A stretch of 64,000 nucleotides of DNA from Magallana gigas. Lineage: Eukaryota. The number at the start of each line of letters is the position of its first letter. Position 1 is the first letter of the stretch. Position numbers and translations under genes: made by a program. The notes below the pieces were generated by a model. It did not search any database. It was not told the DNA's origin and was given only the letters and a program-made list of their open reading frames with translations. Shown one piece after another: positions 51,701 to 63,591 of this stretch. The stretch covers positions 51,522,001 through 51,586,000 of the forward strand of contig NC_088854.1 in NCBI RefSeq assembly GCF_963853765.1, in the 5' to 3' direction.

Positions 51701-53764
51701 TTGTAACAATTTTTAATGTTACCCGTTGCTAAGTGCGTTGCTAACGCTGAGGGTAATAGAAAGGATTATGAACTGCGTCTTAACCAATCAGATTTCAGTA
51801 TTCAACATGAAAGTATAACAAAAAGTCATATTTCCTTTGTAAGTTTAACAGAATACATGAAATTACCGTACGTCCCCATGAACTTGTAAAATTTAAGCGA
51901 TCTACGAAAATTGGCCCCCACGAAATTTTATGATTCCACAGTAATATTCAAAACTACTAAAATACACATAGCAAGAAAAGGAGTATGGGTCCTTCTCAAT
52001 AAAAATTTCCCAAGAAAATTAGGACTTTTTTAATTCAGGAACACAGCACTTAATTCCACTGAGTTATTTAGATCCAAACGAAAATGAAAACTGGTTTTCC
52101 TGGCAAGAGGTTTTTGCATCGTCATCTTCAGAATTATCCAAATTTACCAAAGATAAGCCATTTTTCAAACACATTCAAGGCCTATTTTGTAATAAATTTT
52201 GTGTTTCGGTTTTCCTGACCTTCAATAATATTTCTTCATTCTTATCGTTTTTACGACTGGTCCAAATCTAGAGGCAGTGTTTTCTTTCACTTTGCTCTTA
52301 TGAACGTCACAGTCCATAAATAGTCATAATTTCCCGCAATCAAAGTCGATTGAACAGCTGTCTGCAGCGCCCGCATTCGAATCAGCACAAAAACGAAGAA
52401 TTTGAAGCCCTTTAAATACATGATGCTCTGTCTCTATATATTTGCATATGAGCGATAAGGTAATATCGTCTACTTCGTCCGTTAAAAAATCAAGAGAGCT
52501 TATGTCCATCTTACCCTAGCTGTAGTCAAATATAAACTGATACAGTCTCACGCCATCTGCGGAAATTGTGTAAAAATCATCTAACTCCAATACACTTATT
52601 GACCCTGGAATGCACCTAGGTTTTTTTTCGATACAGTAAGAAGTGAAATTTACATGTCACTGCTATTCAGTAAGAAGTGCCAGATGCTCAATCGTATCAC
52701 AAATCATTTAGAGAACGAGACAGGTTCTCTATGTTTGATACAAAATTGGGGGTGGAATCGTGCGTAGCACGAGTCCACCCTACGCACGAGTCCACCCCCA
52801 AATTTGTATCAAACATAGAGAACCTGTCTCGTTCTCTAAATAAAACATATATATACACAAATATATGATTAAGTGGCTGACAAGAGGTTTGCAGTATTAA
52901 TACTGTACAATATATGAGCTACTCTGTGTTAATTCAAGATAAATAAGTCTTAAACAAAATTAGTGATTAAATAAAATTCTAAACAGCTGTATATGACCAC
53001 TCTTTACCATTGGATCCCTCTCTATAACCATGATTTCGCGCTCTCTATTTGTTTGTTTGTGAGCGACAAAGAAGGCTACCGCTGACCCCACCAGCCCTCC
53101 ACCAACAATCACTAGGTCAGTTGACCTTGGAATCTCTTCTTTTAAAGAGAACATTTTGGATATGGATTCCTTGAAAAACTTCCCCATTTTCCTGTCAATG
53201 TAAGGTCAAAGATGTTACATTAATCTCGGCTGAGATTTGGCTCAGCTTGAAATTTGGACTGATGGCTTCACTGAATCTTTAGGCAGACCTTCATAATTTA
53301 AGTCTGAAAAAATCAACAACCCCAACTTTTGATGAAGGTCTCAGTCCTGAATATCAAGCCAAGCTTCATACAATGTGTAAATTAATATGGGGCTGCTTAC
53401 ACAGTTTACAGGACATAAATTAGACAAAACTGGTTAATTCTTTCTTTAAATTAGGTGCTATTTGATTAATTTCTTATTAAATTTTGCATTTTCATTTTCC
53501 TTGCTAATTGTTTCCTGCAAACTAATTTTTTTTTTTTACAAAAAGAGTGCATCCAGAAAATCATTACCTTGCTTTTCCTGCACCAGGTCTGATTTTTTCA
53601 TTTCCTTCTTCATCATAAATATAGTCGTTCTCATATGAATTACCATCACTCTCATCTTTTTTACCAGAGAAGGATCTAACTCCACTTAGTGACAAAGGCT
53701 GCCATTTCCTTGATGAAGATAGTATTTGTTGCAAATACTTCAGATTTTTAAATGCCAGTCTCAT
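39619..53764 (-). CDS. FOXRED1: FAD-dependent oxidoreductase domain-containing protein 1 (complex I assembly factor)
   Basis: Exons 53764-53568, 53191-53008, 50201-50072, 49884-49785, 49587-49493, 47841-47675, 46013-45868, 44955-44817, 42633-42529 and 39873-39619, all phase-consistent. Motifs IVGGGLVG, EGWFDP, YFRREGLGG, SAWAGYYDYN and SGHGLQQ. Confidence 0.95.
40066..40176. mobile_element. 111-bp hairpin mini-element TAGCTGC...GCAGCTA with 9-bp TSD
   Basis: 25-bp TIR tagctgcaataatgtagccctctcc. AATTTACTA lies at 40057-40065 and 40177-40185. Confidence 0.85.
40560..42165 (+). mobile_element. Helentron-associated (HINE-like) element carrying about 6 copies of a 166-bp satellite
   Basis: Starts acaagaggccc...gctcacctgag. 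The gagaagaagatt anchor recurs every 166-167 bp (41221-41886). GAC/AAC microsatellite near 42070. Ends with the stem-loop gctcacttgagcctttggctcaggtgagc. Confidence 0.8.
42755..44602 (+). mobile_element. HINE-like element carrying about 8 copies of a 168-bp repeat
   Basis: Starts acaagaggcc...ggtcacctgag. The anchor recurs every 168 bp (43339-44347). Ends aggtcacctgagtgactcaggtgacct. Confidence 0.8.
47307..47697 (-). repeat. 26-bp minisatellite (15 units) spanning a FOXRED1 exon/intron junction
   Basis: Unit cttactatgacagaggcgagcacata; on the minus strand ...gctcgcctctgtcata|gtaagtatgt. The terminal unit lies largely within the coding exon. Confidence 0.97.
48682..49250 (+). mobile_element. 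Short degenerate HINE-like element
   Basis: acaagaggcttatgggccacatcactc ... ggctcaggtgagct; one decayed satellite-like unit. Confidence 0.7.
50410..51143. mobile_element. Two hairpin-headed (Crypton-like) elements, one nested in the other in opposite orientation
   Basis: The reverse copy (50410-50519 plus 50884-51143) is split by a forward copy (about 50519-50883). Each has an approximately 140-bp palindrome aaatagtgcctgtttggga...tcccaaacaggcactattt centred on gcgaagc. Confidence 0.85.
51351..51943. mobile_element. TA-flanked MITE (tactgtggaatcat...atgattccacagta) interrupted by a third hairpin-headed element at about 51457-51822
   Basis: 14-bp TIR seen at both ends. The insert is nearly identical to 50519-50883. 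Confidence 0.8.
52150..52850 (-). mobile_element. Decayed Crypton-like element: hairpin head plus tyrosine-recombinase N-terminal remnant
   Basis: 136-bp palindrome at 52706-52841. ORF from 52509 (MDISSLDFLTDEVDD...) continues through a stop and a frameshift to ASRFGPV...IIEGQENRNTKFITK*ALNVFEKWL, resembling the RF...NT..T.WA..F..W motif of Crypton recombinases. Confidence 0.65.
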
Positions 53765-55243
53765 TGTAGGTGCTAAAAACAAATCAAAATTTACAGAATA
53801 TCCTAAAGACTTGAGAGCAAAGAATTCATGTACCTACATGTAATGGTACATATTCTATCTACATTTAGCTGCAAACCTATAGCTCAATTAAAAAAAAAAA
53901 TTATGATAGAGGTTAGAGAGTTTGGAAAGTTTCAGTTTCTTCAATGCAAATCAAAAACACTATTTTTATGCACAAAATAGGAACAAAATAAGAAATCAAG
54001 CTAACTCAAAGTAATTTTAACACTGAATACAGCTTCAAAACCTCTGAGATTTAAAACCTACATGCGTAAACATTTACTGTTTCACAATAAATGTTGCACA
54101 ACATTTTTTCAGGGTAAACTGCTACAATTTACTGAAATATGAGTATAATAACAGCAATTTATTTATAACAAACAACCTATGATATAATCATCTACCTATC
54201 AAACTTTGCCAAACCACCTGAAACCATATACATTTGCCAGTACATGAACCACAGTTGTCATTTAGGGAAATTTTCGAGAAGCATTGTAGGGATCAGTAAT
54301 GATAATGAGTAAATCTTTAAGGCAACATTTATAAAGTTTCTTAATCTACCCGTAAAATGAGAGCTTGATATTTCTAGGAGAAAAAAACAGTATCTTAGAT
54401 TACGATTTTCAACCCAGGTACGAATATGATGCAATTTGAATTTTGAACTCAGTTACAGTGATTCCAGTGGGAAGAGGGTAAAGGATCTTAACTTAATTTT
54501 CAAAATTGTAATGTCAAACTCTATGGTCTTGTTGAATACCTAGCTATTGTATTGTTGAGGTAGGAAATATTGTTTAAAAGATGTGAACAAGATTTTATAA
54601 AAAAATGTATTATCTAAAGTTGCTTGACTTTGGTCTGAATTAAACAATATACTCTCTTCTCATTATATTGCGGGTTCCGTTGTATCGCGGTATGTTCCAA
54701 AAAATAGGATTCCCGTTTTTCGCAATTTTCCACAAGGAGTTCATGCTCCAACTTCAGGATGAGTGCAAAGAAGGTTGTCAAATATATCATGTATATCAGC
54801 AAATAAAATTTTGCTCACAAATTAAAATTTTTCAAGAGAGAAAGCAAGTTCAAAAGTCCACAATGTATCTGATGAAAAAAAACTAAATAAAAAGCATAAT
54901 AAAATGTTTATTTTATTCCCTAACCAGTTTAAGTGACTTTGCTTTCATGAAGAGTCATATTTTATTTTTAAAAAATAAAAACTGTCCGTTATAACTGAAC
55001 CAGGCTTCCAGATTTTCAATGCCACGATACAATGGAACTCTCTAATTTTGAAGGTGAATAAGACTTGTGATTTAAAAATAGCATACAAAATAAACTACGT
55101 AAGTTGGGAAATTGATGTTTCTCAGAGAAGCTGGTCTAATACAAGCTTTTTGAACAGCACTAATGACGTGTGAAAATGATAACTTGGTATATCTTTTTTT
55201 AGGGAAAAAAATAAGTACAGCGATATTATGAGACACATAGAAT

Positions 55244-56172
55244 ATCACACTGTTGTTTTGATCTCAGCCCTGGTATCAGCCTGAGCGGTTGGTATCGGCC
55301 CAAGCCCGAAAGGCGGGGGCCGATACAATCCGAGGGCTGATACCAGGGACGAGATCAAAACAACAGTGTGATGTTGTTTATATCATATATCTAAAATCAA
55401 AGACTTTTATTCAAATTCCAAATAAGGAATATAATTTATCATGAAGAAGCTATAGATTTTTTTTTGGATTTACAAAACTTGTTCGTTTTATTCTTTTTTA
55501 TATGTGTTAAGAACTGTATGAGTTGTCGGACTTTGTTGACAAACTATGTTGTTTGAAATATATAGTAGAAGAGAGTCTATCGTCTGAAATGAAGCACTAT
55601 CTATTAACGAGAGAGAAACTTACATCCTTCCCAACGTCGTAATGATTCAAATTCCCTCACTGGGATTTCGTAAGTTTCCTGTCAGATTCCATTCATAAAA
55701 ATCCATACTGTTAGACCTATAGGGCCTAGCAAGTTGTTTGAGAATGTTCATAAGTGCGTCCATTACTTTAATCACTTAATTTTTACAGTCTTATCTCTGG
55801 TTTTCTAAGATTAAGTCTCGTTCCATCCTTCTCTATATCCTTCATAATTTTAATGTTGAGATATTAAATATAGCATGCTATTGTTCTGAATACACAACCG
55901 TTGTGTAGGTTACCTCCCCTTGCTTAGCTACATATCACTCTTTGGCGCTATTTTTGAATTATTATTTTCAATTTTCAGCAATAAATAAAAATATTCAGAC
56001 GTGTAAGGTGATGCTTTGTATTACATATTTGTTATTCTATCGTTATTTTACAAACTAGTCTTAATTTAAAGCAAAGATATTTGGGAATTAGCGATTTTAA
56101 ATTTGAGGGCAATACACCCTCTTGACGACGGGCTGAGACAGAGAAATATCAGCCCCGAGGGCGATACAGCCC
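55244..56172 (+). mobile_element. Hairpin-headed element (Crypton-like), 3' end approximate
   Basis: About 130-bp palindrome at 55244-55372 centred on gcccgaaaggc, with a smaller GC-rich inverted segment near 56125-56172. Confidence 0.6.
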
Positions 56173-56210
56173 TAGCTTCCAGTTGCTGTCTCAAAACACT
56201 AGTCCAATAC

Positions 56211-57500
56211 CAGGGCTCGAGCTGGGCTGCTTCGCCATTTTCGCCAATGGCGAATTTTTTTCAAATGTGGCGAAAAGAAATTTGAATGTGGCGAAAATCC
56301 TTTTTTTGTAATAAAATGGTATAAAAAATCAGTGTTCAGTTTTCGTTTAAAATATACACCTGTTTATTCAGTCAGTGTGTTTATTTAGTCATTGCACGCG
56401 ACCGGAAATCTCGCGTCGCTCCAGTGCACACAGAACTCTGGCCAGATAATAGCCTCAGGTAATATTTGGCAGCAAGACGTCGATAATTATGTAATCGGGC
56501 ACGAGACTGTTGTATACACGGCTTGTGGTCAATTTTTAAAGCATTTAAGGTCTAACTCATTATACTGTTATCGTCTCCATATTAGTGTCAAATCGTAACC
56601 AGTGCACCGATCGCTAAATAACTGGTTATATAAATGCGTATAATATGTATACATCAATCGTATTCCCGAACATTTGTTTTTGGATAACGTTGAAACTATT
56701 TATTAAAATTTTCTATAATTGGGTTGTGTTTGCTTTTCTCTTATGAAATTTCAAAACACTGCAGTCTGTCGTCATTGATATGGACATATCAACGCAGACA
56801 ATTAATTTTCTTTGATGTCCAGTGCGCTGCGGTATAAATATGATAATCTTGCTTGACCAAATACCCCATTTACTTTTGACATTTGGCTTGTCAATATGGG
56901 GAAACGTAAACTTGTAGCTTCTGACCCTTGTCAGTCTAAAATTCAGAAATTGTCAATGTTTTGTTTTTCTTCCAATTCGGGGTCTGAACATTCAACCCCT
57001 CCTGCTCAAGCATCTAATTCAGTCAAAATAGTCAAACCATCCACTCCAAAACGTAAATTTAACATCAGTTGGAAATTTAACAGGAACTGGTTGAGATACG
57101 ATTCCAAATTGGGCTTGATGTTTTGTGACTTATGCATTTCAGCCAACGTTCAGAATGTTTTCACTGAGGGGTGTAGCATTATGAAGAAAGAGAATAAAGA
57201 GAGTCACTGTAGTGCTTTGTTCTACTGACAGTTTATTTATTATTTATGTAACACATGGGTTATGATATGTTATATGTTTACATGTTTTGATCTGTTATCT
57301 GAATAAAGTATATCAAACAATTTATCTTTTAATCATTTAGAAATAAGTGTTGGTTTATAGTAGATGTTTTACTGGATATTAAGGGATATATATAACATTT
57401 TAACATATTATTCAGTTATATAAGTGTTGGATTTGAAGTATTAGTTAATGAACATATTGCGCCGCGTAACGACGCGCAAAAGTGGCGAAAGGGAAATTTG
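56211..57500 (+). mobile_element. Internally deleted hAT element retaining a TTF-type zinc-finger fragment
   Basis: Starts CAGGGCTCG. Subterminal ttcgcca/tggcgaa repeats. ORF 56896-57228 has KRKFNISW...WLRY...MFCDLC...NVFTEG. Flanked by GTCCAATAC at 56202-56210 and 57501-57509. Confidence 0.8.
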
Positions 57501-57928
57501 GTCCAATACACTTCTTGGTATATGATATAACAGTATAGCAAAATGCGCAACCTTCAATCAAGGTGAAAAAAAACAGTCTAATCACATGGCCATGCATGTA
57601 TTTAAATAAAAAAAACATGTTGGTGTTTTAAGAATTACTTTTACCGGACTGGCAATTAAAATCGACTCTTGAAATACTTACTGATTTGATCAAAATGTTG
57701 CAAAACATGTGATGTTTACGTTAACATGGCTGAATTTCATTTAGGAAACAAAAATGGCACAGTTATGTTGAAAACCAATACGTAACAAATATGTTAATCC
57801 CGGATAATATATGGACTATGTACGAAATACAATGTATGAAAAACTCAGAAAAAATAAATCGATTATAAATTCGGAAGAAAATATTTGTAAGGAAATGGGA
57901 TCGAGGGGGCATCATCGGAAACCCACGG

Positions 57929-57977
57929 CCAGTCTCGCATACGCTTACTGATTATCAGTAAGCGTATGCGAGACTGG
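57929..57977. repeat. Perfect 49-bp palindrome
   Basis: ccagtctcgcatacgcttactgat-t-atcagtaagcgtatgcgagactgg. Confidence 0.95.
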
Positions 57978-58102
57978 ATCCGACGATGGGATGGGGGGGG
58001 GGGGGGGGGGTCAGTCACCAATATCTCGTGTTCTGCGACCCAGTTCAAATTTCAAAATGTTTTATAGATATGTAAAGGTCATTATTTTTAATCGATTGTT
58101 AA

Positions 58103-58624
58103 AGGGACTTGGACACGATTTGACTTAAGATTTTCAAATTTTATTTTTCCATTTTCAATGTTTATACTGATAAATATAGAAGTTTATAATGCTATGTCAA
58201 AATTTGTAACTCAAATATCAAGTTATAAGCAAGATACAGATTTTATAATTCTTTGTTTTGTAAACAAAGCTCGAATATTGTCTTCTTCTTTTTTACATAT
58301 TCGTTGTATTGGTGTAAATTTCAATCAAATGTAACTTTCTTTTGTTGATGATAGTATTTACGAAGATATTGAATTAGTTTTTAAAAATTGTTTTCACATG
58401 TCATTTTTCTAAGAAATGGTAAATCTCTACTTTAATTTTTTTGTAAACAACTATAAGACTCGAGCTTTGTTTACATTACTATCAATTCTTACATCTTTAT
58501 TTCGCTTGAAACTTGACTTTAACATTTAAAATATTTTGGTCAATCATTTAAAATGCACCAACAAACCATTTTATACATAAAAAATAAAAATAAAATTTTT
58601 GATCTCAAATGGTGTCCAAGTCCT
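58103..58624. mobile_element. TTAA-flanked MITE, second subfamily
   Basis: ttaa-agggacttggacac ... gtgtccaagtcct-ttaa. Confidence 0.8.
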
Positions 58625-59762
58625 TTAAACTTCCTTAAGGCATTTTATCATTTGCGCAAAAAAATACTTGAAACTAATATTATCACTAATAAAGGGGTAT
58701 ACCATTTTCTTAAGCAAAATGTGCAAGGGTCGGACATACATTGTATTTTTTATAAGCTGCTGGCATCGGATATCACTTGAAGCATTTGGTTAGGGGGTAG
58801 ACAAGTTAACAATTAATTTTTTTCTGATAGTGAATATACATGTACTTTAATTCCCTAACCAAAGTAACATTAACATGTGTTTTGGTGCACAAAGTAATTG
58901 TATACATGTCTTAAATTCTTGCTGTAAATTTTTTTGGCATTGGGTCTGCTTTGTGTGAATGTATGAATAGTGAAACAGTTTAAGGGGGATGTGTGGTCAT
59001 CTTGTACATGTAAACATCATTGAACTGGCTTGTTTCTGCACACCCACCCACCCCCTCTTCTTTTACGAATTTAATGACTACACATTCTGGTAGGTTTTAA
59101 AATAGTCAGATTATATTTTAGTGTTGAGCAGCAGAAAATTGCTATAGTCAAATCAATGATAAGTACTCAAAAGTAAGACTAAGTGTCTTGTTAAATTATC
59201 CTCTCCACATGAGGACTTTGGTGGGCCTTGTATATTCTTTCCGAATAAATCAGGAATTAGTATAAAGAATGTGCCCTTCAAATATGCATATATCTGAGAA
59301 TTTTTGCAAAAGAGTTACAAATATAAAGATATTGTGATTGAACCTGTGATGCTACATGTAATTATGAATATTTCACCCAACTTTTCCACACACACGACGA
59401 AGGGGGGGGGGGGGCAAGGAGACGGTTCCCCTCATTTTGTCTTAAAATGTCTTCAAATGAACTGGGTCCCAAAAGAGGGAATCTTACGTAAATATATATT
59501 TTTTAGACACGAGGCACAATGACTGAATAACACCCCACCTTTTCTTTTAAAGATTATTTTGGTAGGACTGTACCCACACAAAAACGGTGCTCAGTGTCTG
59601 CCAGAATGTCAGTTCTATCTGACCTAGCTTAGTGTGTCATAGATCCGTATCGAACAGTTTATCATTGAAGAGTTTAGGGGAAAACACTTTCCTCAGCTTT
59701 CCATTTCATCTCCTATTGACCTATTAGCGTCCTAATTTTTGCGGATGAATTTTGTTATAAGC

Positions 59763-59764
<2 letters not shown>

Positions 59765-59853
<89 letters not shown>
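59765..59853. repeat. (CT)n microsatellite
   Basis: Direct observation. Confidence 1.
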
Positions 59854-59857
<4 letters not shown>

Positions 59858-60162
59858 TATAGTAATTTATCATCATGCAAACCAGAAAATCAAAAAACAA
59901 ATATCTAGCTTATCTTTTAAATCTCCGCAAAATTATAATTTAAGAACAAGCCATTTGTAAACCCAGACTACTGGAAGTAAAATTATGATATTAAATAATT
60001 AATGATATGCAATACCGCGTATGCATGAATTAGTTTATGATATATGGCGGTTTGCGGAGCGTCACTCGTCCCTCTGATTAGATAACGTACTATGTGAGTG
60101 GTTTGCTGTTTTTTTCTCCAAGGTTTATTCGACGTTCCAAGATTTTTGACATCTTTAAGACG

Positions 60163-63133
60163 ATGACTATCCGTAGCAGGTAAGAATTTATCCCTACTTC
60201 GATCTGTTCGCTCGATCTTTTTTTCTCTTCAGTCTTTTGGGTTGTATTATTTATATCTTTCCTCTTCGACAGGCAGTATAAATTAAAGATAAATCAAATC
60301 TTAATGTCTGAGATTCTATTTCTATAATAGATTATGTAAAAATATACCTTCTGTGACACCAAAGGTGAAGTTTTTGTCGTAAACGAATAGATCTATGATC
60401 AAATCGGGGCAATTTGTTACCTTTCACACGTGTCAAGCATTCAATTACTCCCACTCTTGCACAAATATATCATAACTTGGGTTATTAAATTGATATCTAT
60501 GGGTGGGGATGTCCTTATTTAATGTAATGTATATATGAGGATTTACATTTTATGCAAATCAGCTTTCATTACGACGATTTTCATGACTTTGTATAATTCT
60601 AATTAATAGCGATGACGATTCAAGGTGTATTCTATGTGGTAAATAAATGTCGAAATGTAAACAACGCCTTCCCCAACACATTTCTACGGTAGAAAAGTCA
60701 GTCTGATAAAAATCAAACTTTCCACCACATGGAATGTCAGGCATTTTCTTTATTCTGCAACAAATTAATTGAGGAAATGTTAACACCTATAAATTTGGGA
60801 ATCTAATGAATACCATAGATTTTGATTCATTAAAAAAATTGTCCATATTTGTTAAAAAATTGTTCGCTCGATTTATTTAATTCCTGTTCTCTTCCTAATT
60901 TGACCCTGCATTTTACATTTGTAAATATTTTTGTTTTGGTTTTTTGTACCTCATCTACCATTGATATGGTTTGAGAGAAATAAACATTCATTTTAAAGGA
61001 TAAAAATCAAACTTTCCACCAGGATTTTTATTGTGATTGTCTAGTGAACACATTTTATTATATATTGATATTATGCATTTAATAACTGCAAATTAAAAAT
61101 TTAAAGTATGTTATTTGCAAACAAAGCAACCATCCATTTTTTGCGGGAAAATATAAAAGAATTTTGTATATCAAAATTCAAGCTTAGGTTTTAATTTATG
61201 AAATAAATATTGATGCAAGTTAGTTTGAAAAATTGTTCAATTTTAATCCTGAGGCTCAAAGAGCTTTTAAAAGGGGTATACGGTTTAAGATAAAAATGAC
61301 CAGTAAGGATGCTATAATAACATGTAGTACCATTGGAATCAAACTAATATATGAAAGCGTTCAAGCATTTCTGGATTATAACCCGAGAAGGGGGGGGGGG
61401 GGGCAAAAAGGGTTTAAACAATGTGCTTATGGACAATTGTATTGTGTCATCTTTTGATGAAGTATTGCAAAGTTATTTAGATGGGATCTACTTTCGGGCA
61501 AAGAATTTACATTTTCTCTGAGGTAAGCGAAGTTACATATGGGTATCTTACAATAATTACCCAATTTTATTCAATACTAGTATTTTCATATTTGTACGTT
61601 GCGTTGTAGGGATTTTATTCTAAACAAATAAACAACGTTTAAACAATGGGCTTACAGGTTGGTTTGATTATAACAATGTATCATCTTATTACGAACATGC
61701 AATATAAATTTTTCCCGACTTTAGACCCTATTTTATTCCAACACGACTTTTTGACGGTTTTCTTTCAGGGCCCACTTTCTAGCAGTGTCCTTCCTCCATT
61801 TGATCTGTGTGTGTTACCCCTGCACCTGTCCCTACAAGCACCCCCAGACGGCGGTCTGTGGGGCCGACTGGGGTAAGTAACATTGAAACAATAAAACAAC
61901 TTCAAAACATCATACTAGGTCATTAACAACGTTATCATCGCCACAGGTGTGTTTGTGAACCAATGTCAGTAGCACCAGGTAGGCATTTGATAATTATCGG
62001 ATTATATTGTTGTTGATGTGGACAGGATGTAAATACACCTAGGACTACATGATGAAAGGCACCATCAGTGCTGCTCCGAATAATACTGACATTCAAATGT
62101 AGAACAAATCTGTTGAGGGATATTTAAAGAGTGGCTGTAAATAGTCTGTAAAGGATAAAGAAAAGTGTACATGAAACTCATTCAATAATTGGAATCTGAT
62201 GCGACCCAATTCAACATGAACGTACGAGTATATTTACCGTATATCCGGTGATTTTTGCGATGACCTAATTTTCGCCTTTTTGCAATCACTTTTACATTGC
62301 AAAATATTAGATGCGCAGAAAGTAAATATCCGGTGTTTTTTCAAGAAGAAAAATTTAAATTGCAAAAATGACTGCTGCATATATAAAAGTTACACATTTG
62401 CCCCATTTTCGCAAATTTTGTGACCACCCCACCCCCCGGATTTCTGGATTTCATGAAATATAAAATAGGCATTAGACAATTGATCCATTTACATTAGAGG
62501 CCTACTAGTATATATATCAAGATTTCTTAAATATCAACTGTGATTTAAAGAAATAAAAAGGAATACAAGCTAGCAAATCTATAATTATTAAAGCAGAAGG
62601 AAAAAAGAATGATAGCCATGGTAAAAAAGGGCGGGATACGAACGGAAAGCAAAGATGACACATCCCTATAATCTGTATTTGATCTGAGTCTCACTGAACC
62701 GTTTGAGACACATTGAAATGGAAAAATATCTTATAACGTTTCTTTTGGATCGCTTTTAGGGACATGGCCACGATTTTTATTAACCCTCCCACCCGCAAAG
62801 TTTATCTTGTAAGTCACTCTAACGTAATTGAAATACACCCTGATCAACAATTGTTGATTAAAGGAAGGTGTAGACCATTCTTTATAATTAATTTATCCTG
62901 TTTTGAATGAAACATGTTTGTCTTTGGCAAGAATTAAATCAAGTTTATTTGAAATCCGATTTGTCATACTTTTGGATTAGTAAACTTTGGTATCTTTAAT
63001 TTGTTTTGCATGTACATATATGGATTCTTTTTTTTCAGCACTACTAGGGACAGTTCAATCATCACAGAATATCACAGGAGACGATGGCAAAGCGAAACAC
63101 AAATACGAAATTTATATTATTAAGGTCATAAAG
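60163..63133 (+). CDS. TIMP: Tissue inhibitor of metalloproteinase, 5' part; gene continues beyond the window
   Basis: Exons 60163-60179, 61769-61872 and 63039-63133, phase-consistent. Signal peptide followed by CTCPYKHPQTAVCGADW...KYEIYIIKVIK, the TIMP C-x-C-xxx-HPQ-xxxC-xAD signature. Confidence 0.88.
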
Positions 63134-63516
63134 GTCAGATTCAGACTCTTATACTATTTCAAAGAGAGCTCAAGGTATATATGAATTAAATTTTTGGATA
63201 AACATTTTGGATGTATTTTGCTTCATTCTAATTTTTTCATTTTAATATAGAATTTCATCCAAACTTCACATAAAAAGTCAATCGCGGTACAACCAATTTG
63301 TATCCCAGATATTTCGGATCCGCCAAAAAATGACAAATTTTGACTAACTTCGCCTAAATTTTTGTTCAGAATTGAATCGGTCAAAAATAATGTAAGAAAG
63401 GAAGGAATGCTTCAAGATGGTATAGCGGGTTTTGATGTAACACCCCGCTCATTCGCAGCTGTGTTGTTTATACATATATTATGCGACATACTTTTGCTCA
63501 CTTTGCATGAATAAGT

Positions 63517-63522
<6 letters not shown>

Positions 63523-63588
<66 letters not shown>
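63523..63588. repeat. (GA)n microsatellite
   Basis: Direct observation. Confidence 1.

Positions 63589-63591
<3 letters not shown>

Noticed and set aside
62040-62140. Possible LINE reverse-transcriptase fragment (PLQTIYSHSLN on minus strand)
   Set aside because: The resemblance is only about 10 residues and does not extend; insufficient support.
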